DNA of 64,000 bases from the NCBI GenBank assembly GCA_964057225.1, contig OZ059896.1, positions 12,710,001 to 12,774,000 on the forward strand, read 5' to 3'. The notes beneath the pieces are model-generated. The model saw only the letters and a list, made by a program, of their open reading frames with translations. It was not told the origin of the DNA and did no database searches. Below are positions 28,901 to 42,600 of this stretch, in pieces. The position numbers and the translations under genes were made by a program. This stretch comes from Auanema rhodensis (Eukaryota; Animalia; Nematoda). Numbering within the stretch: the stretch's first letter is position 1; each line of letters begins with the position of its first letter.

Positions 28901-29991
28901 TTCATTAATGTATAATTCAAAATATCATTTCTTGTGATCAGATTGTTAATCGTTATATCTGTAAACGTTTCTCTCGAAATAGCAAGTAGAGTGTTCAGTT
29001 GTACTCACTTAACAAAGAAAGTAGAAAAACATATATATTTAGAGCAAAAAAAGTGCGGAAAAGTCGTTATCTCGTTAACATCAGTTTCACTGCCCAAAAC
29101 TCTGTTTATTGTCATTCTACTTGCTATTTCGAGAGAAACGTTCACAGATATATATGAATATTTACTACACTAGCAAGCAGAAGAAAACCTTATACTAGTT
29201 CATTGTTTTTTTTTTAATTTTTTTCGGTATATTTATTTTTTCACTGTCCAATCGGCAAGCACCTGCTGCACATGTGCGAGCTATTCGAGTGACCGATGCC
29301 CAAACGAGCCACGCTTAGAAAATGAGGCTGACATAACACGTTTTTCACTCCTACCCAGATTGATTGCTTTAGAGACATTTCTGTCTTATCTCATTATATT
29401 CTCTACTTTGACTTTGATTTTTCTAAAATTTCATTAATGTATAATTCAAAATATCATTTCTTGTGATCAGATTGTTAATCGTTATATCTGTAAACGTTTC
29501 TCTCGAAATAGCAAGTAGAGTGTTCAGTTGTACTCACTTAACAAAGAAAGTAGAAAAACATATATATTTAGAGCAAAAAAAGTGCGGAAAAGTCGTTATC
29601 TCGTTAACATCAGTTTCACTGTTCAAAACTCTGTTTATTGTCACTCTACTTGCTATTTCGAGAGAAACGTTTACAGATATATATGAATATTTACTACACT
29701 AGCAAGCAGAAGAAAACCTTATACTAGTTCATTGTTTTTTTTTTAATTTTTTTCGGTATATTTATTTTTTCACTGTCAAATCGGCATGCACCTGCTGCAC
29801 ATGTGCGAGCTATTCGAGTGACCGATGCCCAAACGAGCCACGCTTAGAAAATGAGGCTGACATAACACGTTTTTCACTCCTACCCAGATTGATTGCTTTT
29901 GAGACATTTCTGTCTTATGTCATTATATTCTCTACTTTGACTTTGATTTTTCTAAAATTTCATTAATGTATAATTCAAAATATCATTTCTT
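16929..29991 (+). repeat. 5-monomer higher-order repeat, 2824 bp, ~4.5 copies with variants
   Basis: 16929->19753, 23106->25930 and 27168->29992 are each 2824 bp. 19753->23106 is 3353 bp (one extra monomer, 21519/22048). 25930->27168 is a truncated dimer carrying a triplicated 90-bp module. Confidence 0.88.
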
Positions 29992-31887
29992 GTGATCAGA
30001 TTGTTAATCGTTATATCTGTAAACGTTTCTCTCGAAATAGCAAGTAGAGTGTTCAGTTGTACTCACTTAACAAAGAAAGTAGAAGAACATATATATTTAG
30101 AGCAAAAAAAGTGCGGAAAAGTCGTTATCTCGTTAACATCAGTTTCACTGTTCAAAACTCTGTTTATTGTCACTCTACTTGCTATTTCGAGAGAAACGTT
30201 TACAGATATATATGAATATTTACTACACTAGCAAGCAGAAGAAAACCTTATACTAGTTCATTGTTTTTTTTTTAATTTTTTTCGGTATATTTATTTTTTC
30301 ACTGTCAAATCGGCATGCACCTGCTGCACATGTGCGAGCTATTCGAGTGACCGATGCCCAAACGAGCCACGCTTAGAAAATGAGGCTGACATAACACGTT
30401 TTTCACTCCTACCTAGATTGATTGCTTTAGAGACATTTCTGTCTTATCTCATTATATTCTCTACTTTGACTTTGATTTTTCTAAAATTTCATTAATGTAT
30501 AATTCAAAATATCATTTCTTGTGATCAGATTGTTAATCGTTATATCTGTAAACGTTTCTCTCGAAATAGCAAGTAGAGTGTTCAGTTGTACTCACTTAAC
30601 AAAGAAAGTAGAAAAACATATATATTTAGAGCAAAAAAAGTGCGGAAAAGTCGTTATCTCGTTAACATCAGTTTCACTGCCGAAAACTCTGTTTATTGTC
30701 ATTCTACTTGCTATTTCGAGAGAAAGGTTCACAGATATATATGAATATTTACTACACTAGCAAGCAGAAGAAAACCTTATACTACTTCATTGTTTTTTTT
30801 TTAATTTTTTTCGGTATATTTATTTTTTCACTGTCAAATCGGCAAGCACCTGCTGCACATGTGCGAGCTATTCGGGTGACCGAAGCCCAAACGAGCCACG
30901 CTTAGAAAATGAGGCTGACATAACACGTTTTTCACTCCTACCCAGATTGATTGCTTTAGAGACATTTCTGTCTTATCTCATTATATTCTCTACTTTGACT
31001 TTGATTTTTCTAAAATTTCATTAATGTATAATTCAAAATATCATTTCTTGTGATCAGATTGTTAATCGTTATATCTGTGAACGTTTCTCTCGAAATAGCA
31101 AGTAGAGTTTTCAGTTGTACTCACTTAACAAAGAAAGTAAAAAAACATATATATTTAGAGCAAAAAAAGTGCGGAAAAGTCGTTATCTCGTTAACATCAG
31201 TTTCACTGTTCAAAACTCTGTTTATTGTCACTCTACTTGCTATTTCGAGAGAAACGTTCACAGATATATATGAATATTTACTACACTAGCAAGCAGAAGA
31301 AAACCTTATACTAGTTCATTGTTTTTTTTTTATTTTTTTCGGTATATTTATTTTTTCACTGTCAAATCGGCAACACTAGCAAGCAGAAGAAAACCTTATA
31401 CTAGTTCATTGTTTTTTTTTTAATTTTTTTCGGTATATTTATTTTTTCACTGTCAAATCGGATAGCACCTGCTGCACATGTGCGAGCTATTCGAGTGACC
31501 GATGCCCAAACGAGCCACGCTTAGAAAATGAGGCTGACATAACACGTTTTTCACTCCTACCCAGATTGATTGCTTTAGAGACATTTCTGTCTTATCTCAT
31601 TATATTCTCTACTTTGACTTTGATTTTTCTAAAATTTCATTAATGTATAATTCAAAATATCATTTCTTGTGATCAGATTGTTAATCGTTATATCTGTAAA
31701 CGTTTCTCTCGAAATAGCAAGTAGAGTGTTCAGTTGTACTCACTTAACAAAGAAAGTAGAAAAACATATATATTTAGAGCAAAAAAAGTGCGGAAAAGTC
31801 GTTATCTCGTTAACATCAGTTTCACTGCCCAAAACTCTGTTTATTGTCATTCTACTTGCTATTTCGAGAGAAACGTTCACAGATATA

Positions 31888-31914
31888 CAGTCATGTGCAA
31901 AAAACCTCGGACAA
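31888..31914 (+). repeat. Left terminal inverted repeat (27 bp) of the inserted element
   Basis: CAGTCATGTGCAAAAAACCTCGGACAA; reverse complement of 32559-32585 apart from position 6. Confidence 0.95.
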
Positions 31915-32558
31915 CTTTTAGAATCCCTTATACCTTCTCAGACAAACTACAAAAAATCAGAAAAAATACATTTTGAGTGTTAAAAATTGATAATGAATTC
32001 AGAAAAAGTTTAAAACATTTTAAAAATCATGTTTAAAAGTATTTTTTGGAGTCTCCGAAATTTTCATAAACTGCTAGAAGTCTTCTTTCTTGAATTTCAG
32101 AAGTTTCATCAAGACTTCAGAAATAATCTTTTGATATAGTGTTAGGAGTACACTAAACATCAATTTTTCTTTTAAACGGGAGAATTTGGTTGTATGTTAA
32201 CCAAGTTATCTTCATAGATATTCAGTAAGATTCAGATGCTGAAGCTTACTTGTTTGAAGCTATGCCATAGGAAAAACTTAGTTATTGATCGAGTTTTGTG
32301 CTTAGAATCATTTAAAAATATTTTTAATAAATTAACATGTTCCTAATCTCAAATTTTGTTATATTAAGATGAATTATTCAAAATAGTCAAAAAACACTAT
32401 TTTTCCTTATAAATTTAGAAATGATATTGAAATCAGTTTTAGTTATATTAACATATATTTTTACTGAGTATATACTATGTGATCTTACGAAACTTATGAA
32501 ATTAAAAAAAAAATTTTTTTTGTAGTTTGAAGGGGTTTCTGGGGCCTCTAAGATATTT

Positions 32559-32585
32559 TTGTCCGAGGTTTTTTGCACAGGACTG
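32559..32585 (-). repeat. Right terminal inverted repeat (27 bp) of the inserted element
   Basis: Reverse complement reads CAGTCCTGTGCAAAAAACCTCGGACAA. Confidence 0.95.
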
Positions 32586-35500
32586 TATATGAATATTTAC
32601 TACACTAGCAAGCAGAAGAAAACCTTATACTACTTCATTGTTTTTTTTTTAATTTTTTTCGGTTTATTTATTTTTTCACTGTCCAATCGGCAAGCACCTG
32701 CTGCACATGTGCGAGCTATTCGGGTGACCGATGCCCAAACGAGCCACGCTTAGAAAATGAGGCTGACATAACACGTTTTTCACTCCTACCCAGATTGATT
32801 GCTTTAGAGACATTTCTGTCTTATCTCATTATATTCTCTACTTTGACTTTGATTTTTCTAAAATTTCATTAATGTATAATTCAAAATATCATTTCTTGTG
32901 ATCAGATTGTTAATCGTTGTATCTGTAAACGTTTCTCTCGAAATAGCAAGTAGAGTGTTCAGTTGTACTCACTTAACAAAGAAAGTAGAAGAACATATAT
33001 ATTTAGAGCAAAAAAAGTGCGGAAAAGTCGTTATCTCGTTAACATCAGTTTCACTGTTCAAAACTCTGTTTATTGTCACTCTACTTGCTATTTCGAGAGA
33101 AACGTTTAGAGATATATATGAATATTTACTACACTAGCAAGCAGAAGAAAACCTTATACTAGTTCATTGTTTTTTTTTAAATTTTTTTCGGTATATTTAT
33201 TTTTTCACTGTCAAATCGGCATGCACCTGCTGCACATGTGCGAGCTATTCGAGTGACCGATGCCCAAACGAGCCACGCTTAGAAAATGAGGCTGACATAA
33301 CACGTTTTTCATTCCTACCCAGATTGATTGCTTTTGAGACATTTCTGTCTTATGTCATTATATTCTCTACTTTGACTTTGATTTTTCTAAAATTTCATTA
33401 ATGTATAATTCAAAATATCATTTCTTGTGATCAGATTGTTAATCGTTATATCTGTAAACGTTTCTCTCGAAATAGCAAGTAGAGTGTTCAGTTGTACTCA
33501 CTTAACAAAGAAAGTAGAAGAACATATATATTTAGAGCAAAAAAAGTGCGGAAAAGTCGTTATCTCGTTAACATCAGTTTCACTGTTCAAAACTCTGTTT
33601 ATTGTCACTCTACTTGCTATTTCGAGAGAAACGTTTACAGATATATATGAATATTTACTACACTAGCAAGCAGAAGAAAACCTTATACTACTTCATTGTT
33701 TTTTTTTTAATTTTTTTCGGTATATTTATTTTTTCACTGTCAAATCAGCAACACTAGCAAGCAGAAGAAAACCTTGTACTAGTTCATTGTTTTTTTTTAA
33801 ATTTTTTTCGGTATATTTATTTTTTCACTGTCAAATCGGCATGCACCTGCTGCACATGTGCGAGCTATTCGAGTGACCGATGCCCAAACGAGCCACGCTT
33901 AGAAAATGAGGCTGACATAACACGTTTTTCACTCCTACCTAGATTGATTGCTTTAGAGACATTTCTGTCTTATCTCATTATATTCTCTACTTTGACTTTG
34001 ATTTTTCTAAAATTTCATTAATGTATAATTCAAAATATCATTTCTTGTGATCAGATTGTTAATCGTTATATCTGTAAACGTTTCTCTCGAAATAGCAAGT
34101 GGAGTGTTCAGTTGTACCCACTTAACAAAGAAAGTAGAAGAACATATATATTTAGAGCAAAAAAAGTGCGGAAAAGTCGTTACCTCGTTAACATCAGTTT
34201 CACTGCCCAAAACTCTGTTTATTGTCATTCTACTTGCTATTTCGAGAGAAACGTTCACAGATATAAATGAATATTTACTACACTAGCAAGCAGAAGAAAA
34301 CCTTATACTAGTTCATTGTTTTTTTTTAAATTTTTTTCGGTATATTTATTTTTTCACTGTCAAATCGGCATGCACCTGCTGCACATGTGCGAGCTATTCG
34401 AGTGACCGATGCCCAAACGAGCCACGCTTAGAAAATGAGGCTGACATAACACGTTTTTCACTCCTACCCAGATTGATTGCTTTTGAGACATTTCTGTCTT
34501 ATCTCATTATATTCTCTACTTTGACTTTGATTTTTCTGAAATTTCATTAATGTATAATTCAAAATATCATTTCTTGTGATCAGATTGTTAATCGTTATAT
34601 CTGTGAACGTTTCTCTCGAAATAGTAAGTAGAGTGTTCAGTTGTACTCACTTAACAAAGAAAGTAGACGAACATATATATTTAGAGCAAAAGAAGTGCGG
34701 AAAAGTCGTTATCTCGTTAACATCAGTTTCACTGTTCAAAACTCTGTTTATTGTCACTCTACTTGCTATTTCGAAAGAAACGTTTACAGATATATATGAA
34801 TATTTACTACACTAGCAAGCAGAAGAAAACCTTATACTAGTTCATTGTTTTTTTTTAATTTTTTTCGGTATATTTATTTTTTCACTGTCAAATCGGCATG
34901 CACCTGCTGCACATGTGCGAGCTATTCGAGTGACCGATGCCCAAACGAGCCACGCTTAGAAAATGAGGCTGACATAACACGTTTTTCACTCCTACCCAGA
35001 TTGATTGCTTTAGAGACATTTCTGTCTTATCTCATTATACTCTCTACTTTGACTTTCATTTTTCTAAAATTTCATTAATGTATAATTCAAAATATCATTT
35101 CTTGTGATCAGATTGTTAATCGTTATATCTGTAAACGTTTCTCTCGAAATAGCAAGTGGAGTGTTCAGTTGTACCCACTTAACAAAGAAAGTAGAAGAAC
35201 ATATATATTTAGAGCAAAAAAAGTGCGGAAAAGTCGTTATCTCGTTAACATCAGTTTCACTGTTCAAAACTCTGTTTATTGTCACTCTACTTGCTATTTC
35301 GAGAGAAACGTTTACAGATATATATGAATATTTACTACACTAGCAAGCAGAAGAAAACCTTATACTAGTTCATTGTTTTTTTTTTAATTTTTTTCGGTAT
35401 ATTTATTTTTTCACTGTCAAATCGGCAACACTAGCAAGCAGAAGAAAACCTTATACTAGTTCATTGTTTTTTTTTTAATTTTTTTCGGTATATTTTCTTT

Positions 35501-36252
35501 TTCACTGTCAAATCGACAAGCACCTGCTGCACATGTGCGAGCTATTCGAGTGACCGATGCCCGAACGAGCCATGCTTAGAAAATGAGGCTGACATAACAC
35601 GTTTTTCACTCCTACCCAGGTTGATTGCTTTAGAAACATTTCTGTCTCATCTCAATATATTCTCTACTTTGACTTTGATTTTTCTAAAATTTCATTAATG
35701 TAAAATTCAAAATATCATTTCTTGTGATCAGATTGTTAATCGTTATAACTGTAAACGTTTCTCTCGAAATAGCAAGTAGAGTGTTCAGTTGTACCCACTT
35801 AACAAAGAAAGTAGAAGAACATATATATTTAGAGCAAAAAAAGTGCGGAAAAGTCGTTATCTCGTTAACATCAGTTTCACTGTTCAAAACTCTGTTTATT
35901 GTCACTCTACTTGCTATTTCGAGAGAAACGTTTACAGATATATATGAATATTTACTACACTAGCAAGCAGAAGAAAACCTTATACTAGTTCATTGTTTTT
36001 TTTTTAATTTTTTTCGGTATATTTTCTTTTTCACTGTCAAATCGACAAGCACCTGCTGCACATGTGCGAGCTATTCGAGTGACCGATGCCCGAACGAGCC
36101 ATGCTTAGAAAATGAGGCTGACATAACACGTTTTTCACTCCTACCCAGGTTGATTGCTTTAGAAACATTTCTGTCTCATCTCAATATATTCTCTACTTTG
36201 ACTTTGATTTTTCTAAAATTTCATTAATGTAAAATTCAAAATATCATTTCTT

Positions 36253-39200
36253 GTGATCAGATTGTTAATCGTTATAACTGTAAACGTTTCTCTCGAAATA
36301 GCAAGTAGAGTGTTCAGTTGTACCCACTTAACAAAGAAAGTAGAAGAACATATATATTTAGAGCAAAAAAAGTGCGGAAAAGTCGTTATCTCGTTAACAT
36401 CAGTTTCACTGTTCAAAACTCTGTTTATTGTCACTCTACTTGCTATTTCGAGAGAAACGTTTACAGATATATATGAATATTTACTACACTAGCAAGCAGA
36501 AGAAAACCTTATACTAGTTCATTGTTTTTTTTTGAAATTTTTTTCGGTATATTTATTTTTTCATTGTCAAATCGGCAAGCACCTGCTGCACATGTGCGAG
36601 CTATTCGAGTGACCGATGCCCAAACGAGCCACGCTTAAAAAATGAGGCTGACATAACACGTTTTTCACTCCTACCCAGATTGATTGCTTTAGAGACATTT
36701 CTGTCTTATCTCATTATATTCTCTACTTTGACTTCGATTTTTCTAAAATTTCATTAATGTATAATTCAAAATATTATTTTTTGTGATCAGATTGTTAATC
36801 GTTATATCTGTAAACGTTTCTCTCGAAATAGCAAGTAGAGTGTTCAGTTGTACTCACTTAACAAAGAAAGTAGAAGAACATATATATTTTGAGCAAAAAA
36901 AGTGCGGAAAAGTCGTTATCTCGTTAACATCAGTTTCACTGTTCAAAACTCTGTTTATTGTCACTCTACTTGCTATTTCGAGAGAAACGTGTACAGATAT
37001 ATATGAATATTTACTATACTAGCAAGCAGAAGAAAACCTTATACTAGTTCATTGTTTTTTTTTAATTTTTTTCGGTATATTTATTTTTTCACTGTCAAAT
37101 CGGCAACACTAGCAAGCAGAAAAAAACCTTAAACTAGTTCATTGTTTTTTTTTTAAATTTTTTTCGGTATATTTATTTTTTCACTGTCAAATGGGCAAGC
37201 ACCTGCTGCACATGTGCGAGCTATTCGAGTGACCGATGCCCAAACGAGCCACGCTCAGAAAATGAGGCTGACATAACACGTTTTTCACTCCTACCCAGAT
37301 TGATTGCTTTAGAGACATTTCTGTCTTATCTCATTATATTTCCTACTTTGACTTTGATTTTTCTAAAATTTCATTAATGTAAAATTCAAAATATCATTTC
37401 TTGTGATCAGATTGTTAATCGTTATATCTGTAAACGTTTCTCTCAAAATAGCAAGTAGAGTGTTCAGTTGTACCCACTCAACAAAGAAAGTAGAAGAACA
37501 TATCTATTTAGAGCAAAAAAAGTGCGGAAAAGTCGTTATCTCGTTAACATCAGTTTCACTGCCCAAAACTCAGTTTATTGTCATTCTACTTGCTATTTCG
37601 AGAGAAACGTTTACAGATGTATATGAATATTTACTACACTAGCAAGCAGAAGAAAACCTTATACTAGTTCATTGTTTTTTTTTTAATTTTTTTCGGTATA
37701 TTTATTTTTTCACTGTCAAATCGGCAAGCACCTGCTGCACATGTGCGAGCTATTCGAGTGACCGATGCCCGAACGAGCCATGCTTAGAAAATGAGGCTGA
37801 CATAACACGTTTTTCACTCCTACCCAGGTTGATTGCTTTAGAAACATTTCTGTCTCATCTCAATATATTCTCTACTTTGACTTTGATTTTTCTAAAATTT
37901 CATTAATGTAAAATTCAAAATATCATTTCTTGTGATCAGATTGTTAATCGTTATAACTGTAAACGTTTCTCTCGAAATAGCAAGTAGAGTGTTCAGTTGT
38001 ACCCACTTAACAAAGAAAGTAGAAGAACATATATATTTAGAGCAAAAAAAGTGCGGAAAAGTCGTTATCTCGTTAACATCAGTTTCACTGTTCAAAACTC
38101 TGTTTATTGTCACTCTACTTGCTATTTCGAGAGAAACGTTTACAGATATATATGAATATTTACTACACTAGCAAGCAGAAGAAAACCTTATACTAGTTCA
38201 TTGTTTTTTTTTGAAATTTTTTTCGGTATATTTATTTTTTCATTGTCAAATCGGCAAGCACCTGCTGCACATGTGCGAGCTATTCGAGTGACCGATGCCC
38301 AAACGAGCCACGCTTAGAAAATGAGGCTGACATAACACGTTTTTCACTCCTACCCAGATTGATTGCTTTAGAGACATTTCTGTCTTATCTCATTATATTC
38401 TCTACTTTGACTTCGATTTTTCTAAAATTTCATTAATGTATAATTCAAAATATTATTTTTTGTGATCAGATTGTTAATCGTTATATCTGTAAACGTTTCT
38501 CTCGAAATAGCAAGTAGAGTGTTCAGTTGTACTCACTTAACAAAGAAAGTAGAAGAACATATATATTTTGAGCAAAAAAAGTGCGGAAAAGTCGTTATCT
38601 CGTTAACATCAGTTTCACTGTTCAAAACTCTGTTTATTGTCACTCTACTTGCTATTTCGAGAGAAACGTGTACAGATATATATGAATATTTACTATACTA
38701 GCAAGCAGAAGAAAACCTTATACTAGTTCATTGTTTTTTTTTAATTTTTTTCGGTATATTTATTTTTTCACTGTCAAATCGGCAACACTAGCAAGCAGAA
38801 AAAAACCTTAAACTAGTTCATTGTTTTTTTTTTAAATTTTTTTCGGTATATTTATTTTTTCACTGTCAAATGGGCAAGCACCTGCTGCACATGTGCGAGC
38901 TATTCGAGTGACCGATGCCCAAACGAGCCACGCTCAGAAAATGAGGCTGACATAACACGTTTTTCACTCCTACCCAGATTGATTGCTTTAGAGACATTTC
39001 TGTCTTATCTCATTATATTTCCTACTTTGACTTTGATTTTTCTAAAATTTCATTAATGTAAAATTCAAAATATCATTTCTTGTGATCAGATTGTTAATCG
39101 TTATATCTGTAAACGTTTCTCTCAAAATAGCAAGTAGAGTGTTCAGTTGTACCCACTCAACAAAGAAAGTAGAAGAACATATATATTTAGAGCAAAAAAA

Positions 39201-39610
39201 GTGCGGAAAAGTCGTTATCTCGTTAACATCAGTTTCACTGCCCAAAACTCAGTTTATTGTCATTCTACTTGCTATTTCGAGAGAAACGTTTACAGATGTA
39301 TATGAATATTTACTACACTAGCAAGCAGAAGAAAACCTTATACTAGTTCATTGTTTTTTTTTTAATTTTTTTCGGTATATTTATTTTTTCACTGTCAAAT
39401 CGGCAAGCACCTGCTGCACATGTGCGAGCTATTCGAGTGACCGATGCCCAAACGAGCCACGCTTAGAAAATGAAGCTGACATAACACGTTTTTCACTCCT
39501 ACCCAGATTGATTGCTTTAGAGACATTTCTGTCTTATCTCATTATATTCTCTACTTTGACTTTGATTTTTCTAAAATTGCATTAATGTAAAATTCAAAAT
39601 ATCATTTCTT
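36253..39610 (+). repeat. 3-monomer higher-order repeat, 1679 bp x 2
   Basis: 36253->37932, 36783->38462 and 37403->39082 are all 1679 bp. Shared private alleles: ACGTGTAC, TACTATACT, GCTCAGAA. Confidence 0.9.
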
Positions 39611-42600
39611 GTGATCAGATTGTTAATCGTTATATCTGTAAACGTTTCTCTCAAAATAGCAAGTAGAGTGTTCAGTTGTACCCACTCAACAAAGAAAGTA
39701 GAAGAACATATATATTTAGAGCAAAAAAAGTGCGGAAAAGTCGTTATCTCGTTAACATCAGTTTCACTGCCCAAAACTCAGTTTATTGTCATTCTACTTG
39801 CTATTTCGAGAGAAACGTTTACAGATGTATATGAATATTTACTACACTAGCAAGCAGAAGAAAACCTTATACTAGTTCATTGTTTTTTTTTAATTTTTTT
39901 CGGTATATTTATTTTTTCACTGTCAAATCGGCAAGCACCTGCTGCACATGTGCGAGCTATTCGAGTGACCGATGCCCAAACGAGCCACGCTTAGAAAATG
40001 AGGCTGACATAACACGTTTTTCACTTCTACCCAGATTGATTGTTTTAGAGACATTTCTGTCTTATCTCATTATATTCTCTACTTTGACTTTGATTTTTCT
40101 AAAACTTCATTAATGTATAATTCAAAATATCATTTCTTGTGATCAGATTGTTAATTGTTATAACTGTAAACGTTTCTCTCGAAATAGCAAGTAGAGTGTT
40201 CAGTTGTACCCACTTAACGAAGAAAGTAGAAGAACATATATATTTTGAGCAAAAAAAGTGCGGAAAAGTCGTTATCTCGTTAACATCAGTTTCACTGCCC
40301 GAAACTCAGTTTATTGTCATTCTACTTGCTATTTCGAGAGAAACGTTTACAGATGTATATGAATATTTACTACACTAGCAAGCAGAAGAAAGCCTTATAC
40401 TAGTTCATTGTTTTTTTTTTAATTTTTTTCGGTATATTTATTTTTTCACTGTCAAATCGGCAAGCACCTGCTGCACATGTGCGAGCTATTCGAGTGACCG
40501 ATGCCCAAACGAGCCACGCTTAGAAAATGAGGCTGACATAACACGTTTTTCACTTCTACCCAGATTGATTGTTTTAGAGACATTTCTGTCTTATCTCATT
40601 ATATTCTCTACTTTGACTTTGATTTTTCTAAAACTTCATTAATGTATAATTCAAAATATCATTTCTTGTGATCAGATTGTTAATTGTTATAACTGTAAAC
40701 GTTTCTCTCGAAATAGCAAGTAGAGTGTTCAGTTGTACCCACTTAACGAAGAAAGTAGAAGAACATATATATTTTGAGCAAAAAAAGTGCGGAAAAGTCG
40801 TTATCTCGTTAACATCAGTTTCACTGCCCGAAACTCAGTTTATTGTCATTCTACTTGCTATTTCGAGAGAAACGTTTACAGATGTATATGAATATTTACT
40901 ACACTAGCAAGCAGAAGAAAGCCTTATACTAGTTCATTGTTTTTTTTTTAATTTTTTTCGGTATATTTATTTTTTCACTGTCAAATCGGCAAGCACCTGC
41001 TGCACATGTGCGAGCTATTCGAGTGACCGATGCCCAAACGAGCCACGCTTAGAAAATGAGGCTGACATAACACGTTTTTCACTCCTACCCAGATTGATTG
41101 CTTTAGAGACATTTCTGTCTTATCTCATTATATTCTCTACTTTGACTTTGATTTTTCTAAAATTTCATTAATGTAAAATTCAAAATATCATTTCTTGTGA
41201 TCAGATTGTTAATCGTTATATCTGTAAACGGTTCTCTCAAAATAGCAAGTAGAGTGTTCAGTTGTACCCACTCAACAAAGAAAGTAGAAGAACATATATA
41301 TTTAGAGCAAAAAAAGTGCGGAAAAGTCGTTATCTCGTTAACATCAGTTTCACTGCCCAAAACTCAGTTCATTGTCATTCTACTTGCTATTTCGAGAGAT
41401 ACGTTTACAGATGTATATGAATATTTACTACACTAGCAAGCAGAAGAAAACCTTATACTAGTTCATTGTTTTTTTTTTTAATTTTTTTCGGTATATTTAT
41501 TTTTTCACTGTCAAATCGGCAAGCACCTGCTGCACATGTGCGAGCTATTCGAGTGACCGATGCCCAAACGAGCCACGCTTAGAAAATGAGGCTGACATAA
41601 CACGTTTTTCACTCCTACCCAGATTGATTGCTCTAGAGACATTTCTGTCTTATCTCATTATATTCTCTACTTTGACTTTGATTTTTCTAAAATTTCATTA
41701 ATGTAAAATTCAAAATATCATTTCTTGTGATCAGATTGTTAATCGTTATATCTGTAAACGTTTCTCTCAAAATAGCAAGTAGAGTGTTCAGTTGTACCCA
41801 CTCAACAAAGAAAGTAGAAGAACATATATATTTAGAGCAAAAAAAGTGCGGAAAAGTCGTTATCTCGTTAACATCAGTTTCACTGCCCAAAACTCAGTTC
41901 ATTGTCATTCTACTTGCTATTTGGAGAGATACGTTTACAGATGTATATGAATATTTACTACACTAGCAAGCAGAAGAAAACCTTATACTAGTTCATTGTT
42001 TTTTTTTTAATTTTTTTCGGTATATTTATTTTTTCACTGTCAAATCGGCAAGCACCTGTTGCACATGTGCGAGCTATTCGAGTGACCGATGCCCAAACGA
42101 GCCACGCTTAGAAAATGGGGCTGACATAACACGTTTTTCACTCCTACCCAGATTGATTGCTTTAGAGACATTTCTGTCTTATCTCATTATATTCTCTACT
42201 TTGACTTTGATTTTTCTAAAATTTCATTAATGTAAAATTCAAAATATCATTTCTTGTGATCAGATTGTTAATCGTTATATCTGTAAACGTTTCTCTCAAA
42301 ATAGCAAGTAGAGTGTTCAGTTGTACCCACTCAACAAAGAAAGTAGAAGAACATATATATTTAGAGCAAAAAAAGTGCGGAAAAGTCGTTATCTCGTTAA
42401 CATCAGTTTCACTGCCCAAAACTCAGTTTATTGTCATTCTACTTGCTATTTCGAGAGAAACGTTTACAGATGTATATGAATATTTACTACACTAGCAAGC
42501 AGAAGAAAACCTTATACTAGTTCATTGTTTTTTTTTTTTAATTTTTTTCGGTATATTTATTTTTTCACTGTCAAATCGGCAAGCACCTGCTGCACATGTG

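Larger units (their letters stand above)
31888..32585. mobile_element. Non-autonomous Tc1/mariner-type DNA transposon (MITE or internal-deletion derivative), 698 bp, single copy in window
   Basis: Starts CAGTCATGTGCAAAAAACCTCGGACAA and ends TTGTCCGAGGTTTTTTGCACAGGACTG (26/27 inverted match). It is flanked by TA at 31886-31887 and 32586-32587. The host site has 3 TA dinucleotides in intact monomers and 4 here. Monomer spacing is 1229 = 529 + 698 + 2. CAGT termini and a TA TSD are typical of Tc1-like elements. No transposase ORF. Confidence 0.95.

Noticed and set aside
16929-29991. Assembly artefact explaining the near-identical HOR copies
   Set aside because: Copies carry private SNPs and structural variants (e.g. 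GAACTAG at ~18120, AGAAAAACG at ~26130, an extra monomer, a triplet module). Exact copy number still needs read support.
31669-32753. Transposase ORF in the insertion (track ORFs 31669, 31734, 32387, 32559; ATGCCATAGGAAAAACTT at 32262)
   Set aside because: The track ORFs are read-throughs across junctions or TIRs. The ATG at 32262 hits stops immediately. No DDE or HTH motif is visible.
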